NCBI GenBank assembly: GCA_017499595.2
Contig: CM039010.1
Coordinates: 1,984,001-2,048,000 of the forward strand
Direction of reading: 5' to 3'
Length of the DNA stretch: 64,000 bases
Source of the DNA: Psilocybe cubensis
Taxonomy: Eukaryota
Position 1 is the stretch's first letter. Each line of letters starts with the position of its first letter. A program made the translations under genes and the position numbers. The notes below the pieces were generated by a model. The model saw only the letters and a program-made list of their open reading frames with translations. It was not told the DNA's origin and did no database searches. This document shows, in pieces, positions 23,736 to 38,017 of this stretch.

Positions 23736-25225
23736 ATGGTCAAGAAGCGCCCAGGGACATCTCGCAAGGTCCCAGCCGCTCTCCACCATGAATTGTCAGA
23801 GTATGCCTCACTGCTACGAGCCCTGCGCGTCAGGGACATGATGGATCTCACAAAGCACATTCTAAAGCCTAACCCTTTTCTAACCGACGCCGAAACGAAC
23901 CCGTCTGGTTCGCCTGCCTGTCTGTATCTTCCCGGTTACCCTTTCTCTAACGCGTCAAGTTAGGTGCTTCTCATGCTGGGCCGAGCGACTTGAACCACCC
24001 TTTCAATGCGCAGACACAACCGAAAAGCGCCAAGGCAAAGGGAAAGCAAAAGGCGGAGTCTTCGCCTGACAAACCTAAGCAGATCCGTCGGGACCACTGG
24101 ACCCGTTGGCCGCTCCTGCTGGAAGACGTTCCACCACCGGAATGGAATCTGTCAGACGAAGTTGCTGTCATAGCTTCCCAGGTCCTGAAAGCTCGTCCAC
24201 CACTCGCCTTTCCCTGCCCAATCTCTAGTTCTGACGTCGACGATCTAATGGCCGAAGAGGACGAGGACGATCGGGTAGTCAAGGTCAGGGAGATGGACGT
24301 GGACTCTGACGACCCAGACCCCCCATTCTACATCCCCTACCTTACCTCGATCATGGCCAAGTTCCTGTCCACCATCTTCCGCATCCTCGCCTCTCACACA
24401 CCTCGTCGGCCAGCCAGCATGCAGAACCGGATCGAACCTCTTGGCTGGCGCTCCGTTATCGACGTCGTGGTCTCCTGTGGCATACCCGAGTTCGCTAACC
24501 CAAAGTATGTATGTATCTCTCCGTTACTCGTAACTAGCTAGTGATCCATGTGTCCGTAGGGTAGTCGAAAATGTCATTAAACGAATAGAACGACTCGTCG
24601 GACCTTCGATTTTACCTATTGAAGGCAGAAAGGCCACAAGTTTCCGTGGTATGTCCTTTATAGTGCCTCTTTCTTCCACTGTCCGCATGCCAATGTCCAC
24701 CATATAGCTGTCGAGAGAATGAAGGGCAAGGACGCACAATCAGAAGCTTTCGACCAACTATTCGCTCGGGAAGCGGCCATGTATTGGGCACCTCTCGAAC
24801 TGCTTCCAGAATCAGAGAGAAATTCTGGTCCTGATCCATTACCTGTCAAGAAAAGGAAAAGCAAAAGAGAGAAACAAGAAGGTAAACCTTCCTCTTCTCT
24901 CTCTGTGGCGGATCGTTGACATGCTTCGTATCAAATTACAGAGGCTGGATATAGGGCTAGGAAACATTGGACTCCCAAGGACAAAGAACAAGGACAATCT
25001 AAATCTAAACCCAAACCCAAACCCAAACCAAAGTCCACTGCCAAAACTTCCAAGAAAAAGGCAACACCGACTCCATCAGTCGACGTCGAATCACCAAGCG
25101 CTTCAGATTCCGATACTGAGGTGCTCAAGACACCCGAACAACCACAGCCAGTTCGACGGAGCACTCGGGCAAAGAACAACGTCAGCTACCGCGAAATACC
25201 ACCCGACGATATACCTCTCATATAA
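23736..25225 (+). CDS. Rrn9-domain-like protein (putative Pol I initiation factor), multi-exon
   Basis: HELSEYASLLRAL...DLTKHIL and RDHWTRWPL motifs; basic K/P-rich C-terminus ending VSYREIPPDDIPLI*. Confidence 0.6.
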
Positions 25226-25538
25226 CAACAACAACTATCTTGCCACACGAACTTCTATCCTCAAACACTGGAACTCTTGCATCTTTCATTTGTAACAATA
25301 TCTTCATCTTGCTCTGGTGCGAGGATCATCTAGTTTTTTTTTATATATTTGTACATTTTATTTCTTGTAGCCTTAATTTTTTCGTTCTTCACGGCATATG
25401 TTACATGCTATCATATGGAATCCTGGTATCATTTCTTGTATCTCCTAACACCCGAGCTTATCGATGTCCTATAATCACAAATTCCGGCAGAAATTGCTAT
25501 AAATCATAAAAATATATAACCGACTCCTTCAATTCCCT

Positions 25539-27327
25539 TCACTTGGCCAATCCAGCGTAGAACGTTTCCTCGAACTCTGCGACGACCTTGAACACCTCGT
25601 GATCTCCTGTTGGTATAAGTTGGGTACCGAACACTGCTGCGACTCCAGTCGCTGGGTCCATGAAATGGAACGTATGCGCCCAGCCCCACCCTATCAAAAA
25701 CAAAAAAAACAAGGGTTAAGATGTCAACCTCGACGACGGTGAAAATGTGATCTGATTGTATACGCACAGAACGCGGTCCCCTTCTTTCTTCGCCCTGGCC
25801 AGTCGGTTTCACATAGACCCATCGCGGTGCCCCATTGTATCTTGGAGTCCTTCGGCATGTTGGTATCCATGGACATGAATCTTGATACCATTGCCGACCC
25901 TTCTTCGTTGAGCGCGGGTTCAAAGATCCCTCGCATACTTTCTTGGCTAACAATCGGGGATTTCGCCTTGCCGGCTAGTACACATCCCTGTTAGCACACA
26001 CCATGGCAGACCTACTACAACACGACACTGTCGTACCTTTAATCTGAAGCAGATGGCGCAGAAGGATGAGATAGTCTTTCATCGACATGTACAATCCACC
26101 GCCGCCAAAGTGAAGCGCGACTGTAAAAAACGAACTCGTAAATAAATCACATCCTCACAGACGCGCAGAACGGGGGAGAAAGCACACTTCTTTCTGGATC
26201 CTGTTCAGGAAGCGGGACCTGATTCGCCCAAGCTTCGAGTTTGCCGTCGCGTCGGTACGCTAGGTCGACCATCTTCTTCCTCACGTCAGGTGTCGGATAA
26301 AATGTACCGCTGATGCTCAGTGGCTTGAGTATATTTTCTGCTCTAAAGTTGGGAATGAGTGTTTGTAAAAGTTCTTTTCAAGAAATGAATTTGTTACTTA
26401 AACGCACAGGTATGTTTCCAAACTCTGCCCAGTGACAATCTCGACCACGAAACCCAAGATATCCGAGCTCCATCCATAGGCAACTGATGACTTCAGCAAG
26501 GTAGTATGAAAGACAATGTAAACAATGACCCACAACTTGTCCCAGGCTCAAAGAGAAGAGGGATTCCAGGCAGACCGCACTGTATGCATAAAATGTCAGA
26601 GTATTCCCCAATGCCAACGTATCTATGGTTGAGCTCTGACCTTGAGCACGGACACGAAATGTGATACTGGATTTTTCTTATCATGCGCCGCCGCGTAGCC
26701 ATCTGGCTGCTTGTCAGGCTTGTACCCCTTGAATGGATAAAACAGTCCACTGGTAAAGTTCAGTATATGCTTCAGGCGCATAACAGTCTTCGTCGGCTTA
26801 TATGTCCACACATCCGCCATCTGGTCATCAAGAATAACAAGGTCGCTGAATTCTGGAATGTAATCAGAGATAGGACTCTCGAACGTGATCTTCCCCTGCT
26901 CTACCAGCTGCAACGCCGCAAGCTAAAATAGATCGCACCAGAACGCGTCAATGACAGGTTTAGGGCGCTTCGATGAGTGTGCCACCCCCAAGATGGCAAT
27001 CACAGAAGTGGCAGAAAGAGCGCGCGTACGTACATGGACGAGCAGTTTGGTCTGACTGCAGATCATGAACACGCTATCTTCATTGATCTTCCCGCTCTCC
27101 GGCCTCCCTACGGCGTTGTATCCCCCCGAAGTAAAGTAGATCTCCTCATCGACGGAGGTGGCACCGAAAACAAAGCCGGGGATCTTTGCTTCCCCCACCA
27201 CTCTGGCCTAGGACAAATTGGGGTTTTTACCCAAGTGAGCAAAGATAACGAATCGAAGCTAAAAGTCACACGGGCGTACCGTCAAGCTATCAAGTGCTTT
27301 TCTTCCGGACTGCGTCAGGGCGGCCAT
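25539..27327 (-). CDS. Beta-lactamase/transpeptidase-fold hydrolase or acyltransferase (LovD/EstB-like), copy A
   Basis: MAALTQSGRKALD start; CSQTK (SxxK), HILNFTSGL, LLFEPG, FAYGWSSD, GWAHT...DPATG; many short introns. Confidence 0.88.
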
Positions 27328-27958
27328 GGTCCCAATATGCTGCAGAACTGTGCGTCGGGGCAGCAGCGAACGTCTTGGGGGATTGAGAGATGATAAATGC
27401 CTACACGATTCTGTCTTGATATCATATTGTGAGAACTTATATGGCAATTCCAAGGCGAATCCAAGGCCCGTCTTGAGCCCATTGGATCGGCTGCCGCGAT
27501 CACGCTCGCCTTCAGGGGCTTACCGCAGTGACCCCACCACCGCCGCCATGAGCGTGGCAGAATAGCTGGCACTTGAGTGGATGGTCATCATACGGATATT
27601 GCCTACGCACTCCGGATATCACGCCAGTATCACGCCTAAAATATCGTCAACCAACCGTTCTCATCAATGACCAGACAGACCCACAAGCAACTGCACCACG
27701 GTGAATATGTTCTAATAATAACCCTGTTGATCGAGTGATCCCTCAAAAGCTGAAGGACTTGTAAGAGTACATTAAGTGGATCGTTGGCGCTTACATGAAT
27801 CAATCAGAAGCCCACCGGTAGAAAATCAGTCTTAATTATATCTGGATTTTCATTTAGAAGCAAATCATTCGATGTGGGTCAACTTATGATGTATTAAGGC
27901 ATTTTCCCTAATCTCTTTTAGCCTACTAGATCCAGTATCCCCCGAATCTGAAAGCACT

Positions 27959-29657
27959 CTATTCTTGAAGTTCTGAATATAGTGTTTCTTCCAGTTGAGC
28001 CCACGCCTTGAACACATTTTGATCAAGGGTAGGGATAACTTGAATTCCGAGGACAGCAGCCACATTTGTTGTTGGATCAATGAAAAACATTGTATGCGCC
28101 CAGCCCCACCCTTCACAGGAAATTAATTAAACGTCAGTTATCCCAAACCAGGGGATCCAACCTAGTTACTTACAAGATGCCGACCCTTTCTTTCGTCGCC
28201 CAGGCCAATCCTCTGTATGAACCGACAAAGCAGTACTCCATTGCGCTCCTTTCGACGTTACAGTCGAATCAAGGCCTTGCAAAAATCCTAGAGCCTGTGC
28301 TCCTGCCTCAGTAAGCGCCGGGTCAAAGATCGTGTCCAAAGTTGCCTTCCCGATGATGGGATTTGAAGCTTTTCCGGCTGATAGTTCAGAGTCAGTGACA
28401 TATGAATCTCAAAACGTTTTATACCACTTGCCTCGGATCTGCAGCAAATGACGAAGAAGACCTAGATAGTCTTTTACAGAAGCGTATAAGCCTACTCCTC
28501 CCAAATGCACGGCCACTATCATAATTTGAGAAGTAAAATCGTGAGCGCTGTCCGGCGCGGTTGAGTCACAACTTCTTTTTACCTTTGGACGGATCTTGTT
28601 CAATGAGCTTGGTTTGCCCTGACCAGGGCTCTAACGTATCGCCGCGTCTATAGGACAGGTCCACAAGTTTTGATTTGATATCTGGAGTAAGGTAAAACGA
28701 AGCTTTCATTCCCAAAGGCTTGAAGATGTTCTGCTGGCTAATTAAAGGGTCAGTTGCCACGGCGCATAGTGGGGTAACGTTAGGGCTTACAAGTATTCTT
28801 CCAAGGTTTGTCCAGTAACCTTCTCTACCACAAAACCAACAATATCAGAGCTGTATCCGTACGCGACTAGAAGTCAAGTTTATGCCGTGGTTAATTAACA
28901 GCTTACACTGAAATATCAATTTCACTTACAACTTGTTCCGGGCTCAAAGAGAATAGGAATGCCAGGTAGACCTCCCTGTATTCCCATTTATTAATTTACA
29001 TCGTTGATTTGACGAGTTCCTTACGCACCTTCAATTCAGATAGGAAATGCCCAATCGGATCAGTCTTGTCGTGTGACGCAGCATACGCGCCACCTTGCTC
29101 ATCAAGCTTGAAACCCTTCATAGAGTAGAACAAGCCACTCGAAAAATTCAAAATGTGTTTAATTAGCATCACATTTTTTGCAGGCTTGTAGGTCCAGACG
29201 TCAGCAAATTGATCATCGATGATCAGTAAATTTGCAAAATCAGGGAGGTAATCGGAGACTGGGGTGTCATACGACACTTTCCCCTGATCTATAAGCTGAA
29301 GTAGAGCAAGCTATCCAATACCTTCACCATCAGCATGATTAGCTTTCAAGGGCGGAGATTGGACATACATGAGTAATCATCTTGGTCTGGCTGCAGATCC
29401 AGAATATACTCTCATCATCGATCTTTCCGCTCTCCGGTTTGTCGAGGACATTGTAACCAGTTGCTTTAGAATATATCTCCTCATCAATGGTGGTAGCAGC
29501 GAACAGGAAACCCGGGAGATTCTTCTCCGCAGCAATCTTGTCCTATGTGAGTATTGAATGTAAGTACTAATGTGTCCTGATCGTCCTTTACAGAAGGCTA
29601 CACACTCACCACAACGCGGTCAAGTGCTTCCTTACCGGAACTTTTCAAAACAGGCAT
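27959..29657 (-). CDS. Beta-lactamase-fold protein, copy B
   Basis: FWICSQTK, HILNFSSGL, ILFEPG, FAYGYSSD, HLGGVGLY. Confidence 0.88.
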
Positions 29658-30211
29658 CTGAGAATATGTAATGGGGGAGGTAATTGAGGGCCAGAATGTA
29701 CTGCACAGGTATTTATATGTAGGAATAAGCGATCATCATGCTTAGCTCCATCCAAAGCGCACCTCAAAAACAGCCGTATCTGGTCGTCCCCACTTCCAAT
29801 AGCAGCCGTAACACCCGAATCCCCCGACAACGTTACTAGAAGTGGCCAAATTTGCAATTATTTACCATAAGCGGTTTGCTAGGTAATGCATTGAGTAGTG
29901 ATTACCAAAGGCCAAAATCCAAAGCTTAGCTATCAGGGCGTCAAAATACTGACAGAGTACCCCAAAGAGGCACATTCGGGATCAATAAACTACATGTTTC
30001 GATTCTACTATATAGTAGTCTTGACACACGAGTCAGTTTGGATATCAAACTTTCCAACTAGATGACAAGAGTTACGTGCATTTCTGACTTTTGCTTACGC
30101 CTTATATCCCCTGTAGTTACACATCTAACAAACACTTTAATTGGACAATACCTCGAAGCCGCCTCTGTTCCTTATGGCCAATCCACCGTTCCACTACAAA
30201 CAGGCTGAAAC

Positions 30212-31906
30212 TTACGCTTCAGAGGACAATCCTGCATATAATGCCTCCTCAAGCTCTGCTACCACTTCAAAAATCTCCCGATCTCCAGCTGGCATAATTT
30301 GTGCTCCAAAAACGGTGGCAATTCCAGACGCCGGGTCTATCAAGAAAAGGGTATGCGCCCATCCTATCCCTGGAGAGGATATGAGAGCAGTGAGTTGCAT
30401 ATACTACGCAAAGAAAATCAATCACGCTTACAAAATCCTGAGCCCTTCTTCCGCCTACCCGGTAAATCCGAACCGGACAGAGCAAATCCTCCTACGCTCC
30501 ATTGTGTATGAGTTGCAGGGGTGAAAGGATCCATGGTTAAAAATCGATCTAGGGATTTAGAGCCTTGTTCATTAAGAACCGGTTCAAAGAGCTGCTCTAC
30601 AGTTTTAGATGTAAGAATTGGATTGGTCGCGGCCCCGGCTATAAATATACATAGTTAGATACAACATCCAAAAAGATCAAAACGCTGGTAGTGTACCCTT
30701 TATAGCCAGGATATGGCGCAATAGGGTAAGTACGTCTCTTAACGAGCCGTATAATCCAGCACCTCCAAGATGGCATGCCACTAAATGGGTTTGTTAGCGA
30801 ATTAGTTGTATTCGACAGCAAGAGAAGAGAAGATCAATACATTTTGAAGGGTCTTGCTCCATGATTCTTGACTGACCAGCCCAAGCCTCTAAAATATCAT
30901 TACGACGGAAGGTCATGTCAACGAGCCTATCTTTGATGTCTGGCGTAAGGTAAAAGGACGCTTTCATGTTCAAGGGTTTAAAAATATTCTCCTGTCTGAT
31001 CCGGTTTACAGAAGCTAATCAGACTTAGACAGGTCAAATAAACTTACAAGTATTCTTCTAGAGTTTGTCCAGTGATCTTTTCAACGAGAAATCCTGCAAT
31101 ATCAGAGCTCCATCCATGCACGTCTGTGAGCATATGGTCCATTGGTAAATGTTATATAACATTAGACGAGTAAGATGACTAACAGTTTTCTCCAGGCTCG
31201 AAAAGAAGGGGGATCCCAGGTAAATCACCCTAAGGGTCCCACAAAGCATCGATGAAACTTGAATTGGTCTATATCCTGTACCATACTCACCTTGATGAAA
31301 GAAAGAAACTGTGATATCGGGTCATCTTTGGTATAAGGAGCAATATATGCTTCGGGCTGCTGAGCAAGTGAAAATCCCTTCAAAGGATAGAACATCCCAC
31401 TGGTGAAGTTAAGGACATGTTTGAGCCGCATAATTGTCTTCGCAGGTTTGAAGGTGAATACATCAGCAAGTTGATCATCAAGAACAACTAGATCGGCGAA
31501 TTCTGGAATGTAGTCCGAAATGGGAGTTTCAAGTGTAACTAGGCCCCTTTCAACCAGTTGAAGAGCTGCAAGCTGCGAACCCGAGCGTTAGTGACATCCG
31601 GCGGTATAAATGGCAGAATAACCAACGTGAGTAATTATCTTCCCTTGACCACATAACGCAAAAGTGCTATCTTCATTGATCAAGCCACTCGCAGGGTCAT
31701 TGACGATGTTGTATCCGCTGGGCTTCAGATAAATCTCCTCAGTGGCAGAAGTTGCACCGAACAGAAATCCGGGGATCCTCTTGTTCCTGGAAATCTCAGC
31801 CTGGAAACAAGACAGTGTTAAGGAATTTGGGTACAGAATGAGGGGTAGAATGTAATACCACCAAGTTGTCCATAGCCCCTTTTCCAGTCTTTGTTAGAAC
31901 GACCAT
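30212..31906 (-). CDS. Beta-lactamase-fold protein, copy C (catalytic Ser and Tyr substituted)
   Basis: Same exon pattern as A and B, but FALCGQGK replaces CSQTK and YVHGWSSD replaces FAYGWSSD. Confidence 0.82.
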
Positions 31907-32975
31907 CTTGAATACATGTACGAGCGCAAAAGTTCTTGGAGGGCAGGAGCGATAAGCGGAATTTTTTTAAAAAGCTCTAGTAAGCAGAGGTCATCTGCGC
32001 TATTATTGTATCGAGCGTGCCCAACCGGTATGTTCTCAGTAGGGCAGCCCATCCGATTTCCGAGTCCCCTCCGTGAGATACATCATTCAGAAGTCGGTGT
32101 CGGTATTGTTTTGCGGTAGTAGACCCTCAGAACTAATTCCTCACAGTCAAGGACAGAGTCGAGGGTGTTAAGAATCTCAGAAAATGAAAGAAGATAACTT
32201 CAAGAGTCTTTCGAACTGAATTCCAAGATCTAAAGGCGAGTTGGAAGAAAGAGAGTACGACAGCATGTCTGACTCCCGAGTCCCCCGAAAGTAATGTTTG
32301 TGGCACGTGACATGCTACATCAGCGTGATTATCCTCCGGAGATTCCCACGAACGAACAGTGGCGTATACGGCAGCGGATGGATGAATTCGTGCAACGACT
32401 CCGAATCGAACCTGAATGGAACCTTCCCTTGGTCCTCATCCCATCTTAATCCATTGATGACCGACGTCTAAAACCCTCACTTATATATACCGAACGGGAC
32501 ATGTTCAATCATGGTACCGTATTCTACTAGTGCTAATCTCAATCATGATGCCTACTGTATGCTTGTCTCTGGCATGAGACAGTTGAAACAATCGGGTTCC
32601 CGATATTATGGACTCACCAATGAATACAAGTACGTATGCTCTGAGGGGACCATGATAACGTTAGCGCGATAGGCAAATTCCCCGCCTAATGTGCCCCTGA
32701 TCTAGTTATAATGCTTTTCTATCGGCGGCTCTTTGAGGTCAATTCACTATCATCTGTCGACTAGGGTTTTGTGCTATCCAATTCGGAGTACTGTCTCTCT
32801 TCTTTTGCACACTCAACACTACACACAACTACCTAGATTTGGGTCTTTCATTTAACATCAGCGAGAATGGAACAAGTTTCTGTGTTCTGGTTCGTCTGGG
32901 TAGCAAAAGCGGTTTCCTGTGGGTTGAATTTGCCTGGTCTTCCATAAATTACGCGTTTGACTGAAGAGGACTCAG

Positions 32976-34242
32976 ATGGGGCAGTTGTTTTTCAAGTTCT
33001 TGAATTATTCGACAACTTTATCGATGAAGTGGAATATATATGGAGGTACGAAACTAGATCTCCAATTTCATTTCACTTCGTCGCGTTAACTTCTATACTT
33101 TAAAGAGGACGTTTTCGCTTGATATCTTGTCTGTATTTTTTTTCACGCTACGTTCCGCTGATTGCGCAAATGTAAGGCTCTTCTGTACCATTGCGATAGC
33201 GATTACCTCTGAAGGACTGCACTGGTTCAGCGTCAATATCGTCATTTCCCAAAAAGCATACGCCACACCGACTCATCGAATGTGTATGGCGAGCAATACA
33301 CTCAAAGGTGCTTCATCACAGCTCACGGCCACTTGCGTCGAGGCCATCCAAATGATTCGTGGTAAGCTCGTCTCATCACCCAACTGGGGAAGCGTCTTCT
33401 CAATGCTCCAAAGTCCATGCGCTATATAATCGCAGCCATCGTTCAGGAAAAGTTCTCCTATGCGTCTTCGTGATTGGGACGGCACTTGAAGTAGCAGGCA
33501 CTGTAGCAACCATTGCGAGCCTAAAGCCTGGTGTATCGGGGAACCTTTGCCTTCCGAGCCGCTGTTCTGTCTGGTCAATCTCCCTTTTTACGTGAGTGTT
33601 ATTGATCTCCGATAAGGTTTTCTCTGTTTTTCCAATTCGTTTCTCATTGCCATTTCAACCAAAGCGCTGGATTTGCACTGATACAGGGCTGTCTTTTATT
33701 TATGACTTTTTCAAGAGTCGTGTTCACCCGTCACTGCTCGTGGATAGTAAAGACACCCGTCATCTCTGTCGTTCTCCGCGATGGCGTTGGCTTTTTTGTT
33801 ATCATTTCCGGTCTGTCTTTCTAGTCCACAGCATCATTTTCACCCTAAACTCAAGAGGATTGTACAGCGGTAATAGCGAGCATTACCGGGTTTGAACTTG
33901 TTCGTGGGTTGAATCAACATCAATTTGTGTGGAATCTAGCATTTTCGTAAGTGGATTTTTTTCCTAATCCTCCACAGGCGCACAAACATATTTAACCCCG
34001 GCGTCTATCAGGTGGTATATATGTATCCTTTCGGTTGCAGTGCGTTTGTTTCGTTTTTTGTGTTGGAAAATTGGCTGACAGTGTAAATCATTTTGTAGGG
34101 GTGTCGGATGATCTTGAGTATACGAAAGCTGGGGACCCCATCCCACTCACGCAATCGACATGTTGCGCAAGACTCTTCATTAGTCCAGTTCTCCACCATT
34201 ATAGATTTAAGCGAGTTTACTATCTCTGAGATGCCAGCATAG
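32976..34242 (+). CDS. DUF6533-like multi-pass membrane protein (first exon not located)
   Basis: VFQVLELFDNFIDEVEYIW|RGRF...LYFFSRY; VLRDG; GCRMILSIRK C-terminal motif. Confidence 0.7.
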
Positions 34243-34492
34243 ATATTTAACGTAAAACCCATTTAAATGCGGTATTCATCCTTGTTCAAGTACAGATGGA
34301 TATCATGCAATTCGATCGATAACCTGTCTACAGCTATGTACTGTTATAATACAACCAAATGTCCAACCTCGTTATGAAGCTGAACCCACAAAAGCGACTG
34401 CGAGACAATTCAAATCAATTAATGCAAACCAAACTTTCCCAAGTTAGCAAGAGATCCATTTCCTATCGTGGCTCGGTACCGTGAAAGATCCA

Positions 34493-36366
34493 TTAGCGAA
34501 TGCTCAAAATGCCCTCCTTGGTCGAATTCGGTCGACCCCCGCCAAGCTCGTCTCCAACCCCCAAAGTTTTCTTCTTCTTCGTAGTCTCGCTCGCGATTTC
34601 CCAAATCCGCCAGAACTTGAGGTTTTCGTCACCAGCTCCGGTGCACACGACGTCGCCGGCTGGACCCACGCAGCTGAACAGAACTCTGGAATCGTGCGCA
34701 TCGCGAATCTCGGCGACGCGTTCCATGCTAGGGTATGCGTGCACCATGATTGAATTGGTGGGATATCCGTGAGTGGTGAGAATCTCCTTTTTGTGAGGAG
34801 CCCATTGAATAGAGGTGATCTGAGACGGAGTACGTAAAGTGTGCAGACGGGCGCCGGTGGTGCTGTTCCAGACGTTGATAGTCGCGTCGTTGGTGCCTCC
34901 TCCAGAGGCGAGCAGCGAAGGCTGCCATGGACACCATGCAATAGCCTATTTATACCAAAGTTCCACCAGTCTGTGACAAAACTATGAAATTTCAAAGGGA
35001 ACAAACCTTAACGGCGGCAGTATGGTTCCTCTTCGTCCATTTGGCACTTCCTCGCGCACCTTCAGCAACGTCACCGACTCTACCGTCCCAAATGTTGACA
35101 ACGTTGTCGTTTCCACCGCTAGCAAGAAGTTCGCCGTCCGATCGCCATTTGAGGCCACAAACCTCTCCGGTATGGCCCAGGAGTTCCATGACTTTATGCC
35201 TCGGTACGCGCACGTCGTGATGCCAGATGCTACCATCTCCGCACCCTGAGCTCAAAATGTGTTGACTCCATGAAAGGGCCGCGACTTGTGCCTGGTGCCC
35301 ACTCATCGTACGAAGCTTTTGACCTGTCTCCACGTCCCACAACTCAACGTCTCCATTCCCAACACCGACACCCAGGAAAGCACCATCGCCCGAGAAATCG
35401 ACACAGGAGACGTAGGAGCCCTCAGAACACTCTCCTAGCTGGACGACTGCTCCGGTATCCGCCTTCCAAATGTAAGTAGAAGCCTCAAGAGCCACCGCCA
35501 CTGCATTTTGGCAGGACCAGCTGAGAAGGTTGAGGTAGAAGTCATCGACCATTCCAGGCGCGTCGAGCACTCGTTCAGGTTGTGTGGGTATCTTGCGCGT
35601 CTTGTTCGAAACAGCACCTGTAGACGTCGCGATTGCACCTGGACGCTGTGCATAGAGTGGCTTAGCAAACTCCCTTTGTTGAGCAAGCGTTGTGTCGGAA
35701 GACGATGCGGATGGGGGTTGTTCGTGGTATCCCAAAATTCGACGGTTGAGTGGCATGCCAGTGGCAGCAGCCAGGCGGGCGGTGTGCCCTGGGGAGCTGT
35801 TCTGGGGGTTGAGGCTCATCTGCTCCATGGTTGCAGAGACAGCTGCAATGTCGGTTGCTTCGCGGTTTGTAATAAAGCGGTCACGCTTATCAGCTCCCGC
35901 GCGATTCTAAAAAGACCATTCAATCGCCATTAGAAAAAGTATGAATGGAATATGAGGACCCAAGACATACCACGGCAGGTGTTGATTTTGACCGTTTTAC
36001 TTCAGGCTTTGGTGGTGGCACATAATCCCTAGTCACTACATCGAGCCGGCTCTCGACGCCACCCTTTCTAATGACACCTCCATTGGCCTGACGTTGGAAA
36101 GAATCCGAGTTGGGTATGCCACCCGATGTGATTCTCTTCACTGGGGAAGAGGGTCTCGATTTGGGTAGTGGCGCAATGAATGGATTCGTTGTATCAAAAG
36201 GACCTGTGGAGGATTTTGACTTTGTAGGTGCACCAGGTCGGGTGGTACGTTTAGTAGTGGAAGGTGCGAGTGAGATATTGTTAAGACCAGAGAGAATAGA
36301 GGGCGTCAAAGGCGTCTTCGCCTCTGAACGAGAGCGATGTCGTGAGGGTGTCTTTGGATTGTTCAT
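34493..36366 (-). CDS. CDC20: APC/C activator Cdc20/Slp1 (WD40)
   Basis: C-box DRFITNR, PERVLDAPGMVDDFYLNLLSWS, WD40 repeats, C-terminal IR tail (ILSIR*). Confidence 0.95.
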
Positions 36367-36615
36367 TGTAATGTAGAAGTTAAGGTCAAATGTCAAGTCA
36401 ATGTTGGAGTTTTGAGAACGAGTCAAAACTTGAACGCGTTTTCAACCTGTCACGTGATGGGCAATCCAAGATTCCAACTTGCAATCACGGGGCCGCGTTC
36501 TATGTCTTTGACTGGTTTTTTTCTACTCAAACGCGTACATCACACGTTGACTCAGGATGTAAAATTCTTGCATCATTCCATGTCACCTACAACAGTCATA
36601 TCGTCTACACCAACG

Positions 36616-38017
36616 TCAACTTTGATATACAGATCCCTGCGGCGTTGCCAGACATATCGACGAATCTTCAACACTGTCAAAGTCTCCAGCAGTGGACATC
36701 ATTTCCACTTGACTATCCTCCAGACCCCGACGCGCCAGACGACTCCTATAAAGCTTTCTCATATTCAGAGATAGACGACAACCCTGTTAATCTTTTTAGG
36801 AGAACCAAAAATCAGGGGGCTTGGATCGACGACTCACCGCTATGGACAACATGGCAAGATACCATCTGTCTTTTATGTTACTGCAGAAACCTCGGATGAA
36901 AACTGTGAGTAACTTACGCAAATCCAGCCTGCCTCGCTCCCATTCCAACATCGTGAAATGACTCGTAGATCAGCACGAGTCCAAGAATCCCTATATACTA
37001 ATATAAGTGTGATGCATGCCAGCAAGCAAGATTTCGACCTACCAAGTATCAACAAGAAGGTGGCTACCCCATCACGCAACATCAGGGAGGTTAAAGGAGT
37101 CCTGTTGGTCCATCCAACTCTCCCCTGAAAGATAAATTTTGCCAGTGTCCCGAAAAAAATGGTAAGTTGACAGAAACCCGCACCGATGCTAATCATAAAT
37201 GAGTTTTATCATGAAAATGCATACAGCGGCGACGAGAATATTACCCGTATATGACGAGAGCTCTCTTTTTTGACTCTGGCATGATACAACTTGTTGCATT
37301 TATGAATCTGTCAAGATTGATACATGCTGCATAAATTTCTAGAGCTGTTGACCCAAGAAATACTAGCGTAAGAACACGTCTTGCTTTATAACTCCCGTTG
37401 TATAGAGCATAAACTGCACAAAGTCAAAAATCAATTTTATTTATTTTCCTGCAAGCTAGTCGACTGACCTCTGATAAGCATGATCACCTCCACTGTTGAG
37501 AGAGCAATCTGCAAAATTATAACTTTGTAGATGAATATAGTCGGACAAATAGATGAAATTGTCCGCCTCAGCATTATTGATGTATACTCCAGCGAAAGAA
37601 TTTGGTTGCCGCTGCGCTCATTGTGTACATCAGTCAGATGGAGACAAGGGGATAACGCTAAGCGCTCACACTTGTCCAGCCAATAGCAAGTAGCGGGAGC
37701 AATAATACAGCACTTTTAGTAAGCTCGTTTTCCCTCTAAAAGATCCAAAAGGCATGAGAAAACTAAACCACATGTCCAGTAGACAAAAACTACTTACCCC
37801 CACATATAGTCCACCTCATCCGAGAGACATGTCATCAGCTCCCATATCTGCGCAGCTAGCGCTCCAACTAGGTGCAACAATATCATTTTCGAATCCTTCG
37901 AGCTCAGAGACTAGCAGAAGGTTTTTTCTTACATGAGACGAAACTGAATCCTTGTGTAGCCAGGCTATCTCGGTGATAGTTGAGATCAACTGTACTTGAG
38001 AGTGCGATGGAACTCAT
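36616..38017 (-). CDS. DUF6533-like membrane protein
   Basis: GALAAQIWELMTCLSDEVDYMW; CSRY; TPLTSLMLRDG; GCRLSLNMRK. Confidence 0.75.

Noticed and set aside
25000..25035. (AAACCC)n telomere-like repeat
   Set aside because: Lies in coding sequence and encodes a Lys-Pro run of the Rrn9-like protein; not TTAGGG.
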